Part shown: positions 33,646 to 34,398 of the stretch, piece by piece | How the letters are laid out: every line of letters begins with the position of its first letter | Position numbering within the stretch: the first letter of the stretch is position 1 | NCBI RefSeq assembly: GCF_001194135.2 | Contig: NC_068985.1 | Span: forward strand, 124,510,718 to 124,545,115 | From: Octopus bimaculoides | Taxonomy: Eukaryota | DNA: 34,398 nucleotides | Reading direction: 5' to 3' | The notes under the pieces: generated by a model | What the model saw: the letters and a program-made list of their open reading frames with translations, nothing else | What the model was told of the DNA's origin: nothing | The model's database searches: none | Made by a program: the position numbers and the translations under genes

Positions 33646-33847
33646 TTACTTATTTGAAAGAAGTTGTTCACCAAAGGTGAAATACAAGTGATTATAATAT
33701 TTATGATATTTATATCTGCTTCGAGTTTCACCATTCCAAAAAGAGAATTATTTCACATTCTCTTAAGAATTCTAAATTCTTATGACATCAACAATATTCA
33801 ATTCTCAGTGATAAAAATAAATTTGTATAATGGGTAGAGAAATTTAA

Positions 33848-33920
33848 AGTTTGCTTTGGTCTAATGGCAAAAAGTCTGTCATGTTTACAGAAGATGTGGG
33901 TTTGAGTCCCATACGTTGCC
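33848..33920 (+). pseudogene. tRNA-like pseudogene or orphan tRNA-derived head (TGT at the anticodon position)
   Basis: Anticodon arm TCTGT(CATGTTT)ACAGA, variable region AGAT, T arm GTGGG(TTTGAGT)CCCAT, A-box-like TGGTCTAATGG. The acceptor stem does not pair. Confidence 0.5.
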
Positions 33921-34010
33921 CTCAACATTTTCTATGCAAAGAGTTTTTTTTTTAACCCACTATTTACATCCGATCTTCGAATGTTGGGCCTCACAGACAC
34001 AATGACAAGT

Positions 34011-34236
34011 GACTGAGACCTTTGGTGATATGCTGTGCTTGAGAAGACCCATCAAGCCAAGTGAAATTGCAGTCATGGCTGTTGTTGATGTCATTCAGCT
34101 GGATGCCCTTCCTAACGCCAACCACTCCGAGAGTATAGTGGGTGCTTTTACGTACTACTGGTACGAAGGCCAGTCACACGGTACTGGCAATGCCCTCGCT
34201 CAAAATGGTGTATTTTACGTGCCACCTGCACAGGAC
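34011..34236 (-). mobile_element. SINE-like repeat family A long form (5' part) plus an adjacent related fragment
   Basis: 34095-34236 is reverse-complement homologous to 5860-6000. Confidence 0.75.
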
Positions 34237-34398
34237 CCATATGTGTATGCATCATGTGTTTTCATCATTCCCGACATTCTGCACCTAAGTACAGCCTGAA
34301 AGAAACAGCTAATATTTCTGGATTGGATGACGAGCATTCTGTTACAGCATTTACTTGAACAACCAGCAATGGGATATTGCACGCACATGCATGTGTCA

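Overview
AT-rich eukaryotic non-coding DNA, dense in microsatellites and repeats, with seven N-gaps. The repeat families look cephalopod (Octopus-like); this is an inference from recalled repeat sequences, not from a search. I could not support any host protein-coding exon. Most track ORFs are artefacts of microsatellites, gaps or antisense transposon sequence. Recognisable content: (i) many copies of 3-4 SINE-like families; (ii) a decayed mariner (14.4-15.5 kb, -) and an internally deleted Tc1/maT-like element (10.9-11.3 kb, -); (iii) an RTE-like LINE 3' fragment (27.8-28.5 kb, +); (iv) two restriction-like-endonuclease (R4/Dong-type) LINE 3' fragments (16.1-16.7 kb and 30.8-30.9 kb, -); (v) Penelope-like remnants; (vi) two MITEs; (vii) a tRNA-like pseudogene (33.85-33.92 kb). 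The most interesting signals are two minimal type I hammerhead-ribozyme motifs of the kind linked to Penelope-like elements (1132-1177 and 10670-10712). The first is the tail of a fold-back element built from two head-to-head tRNA-derived units. The first 0.8 kb is CpG-rich while much of the rest is CpG-depleted, which suggests the edge of a promoter followed by a methylated intron.
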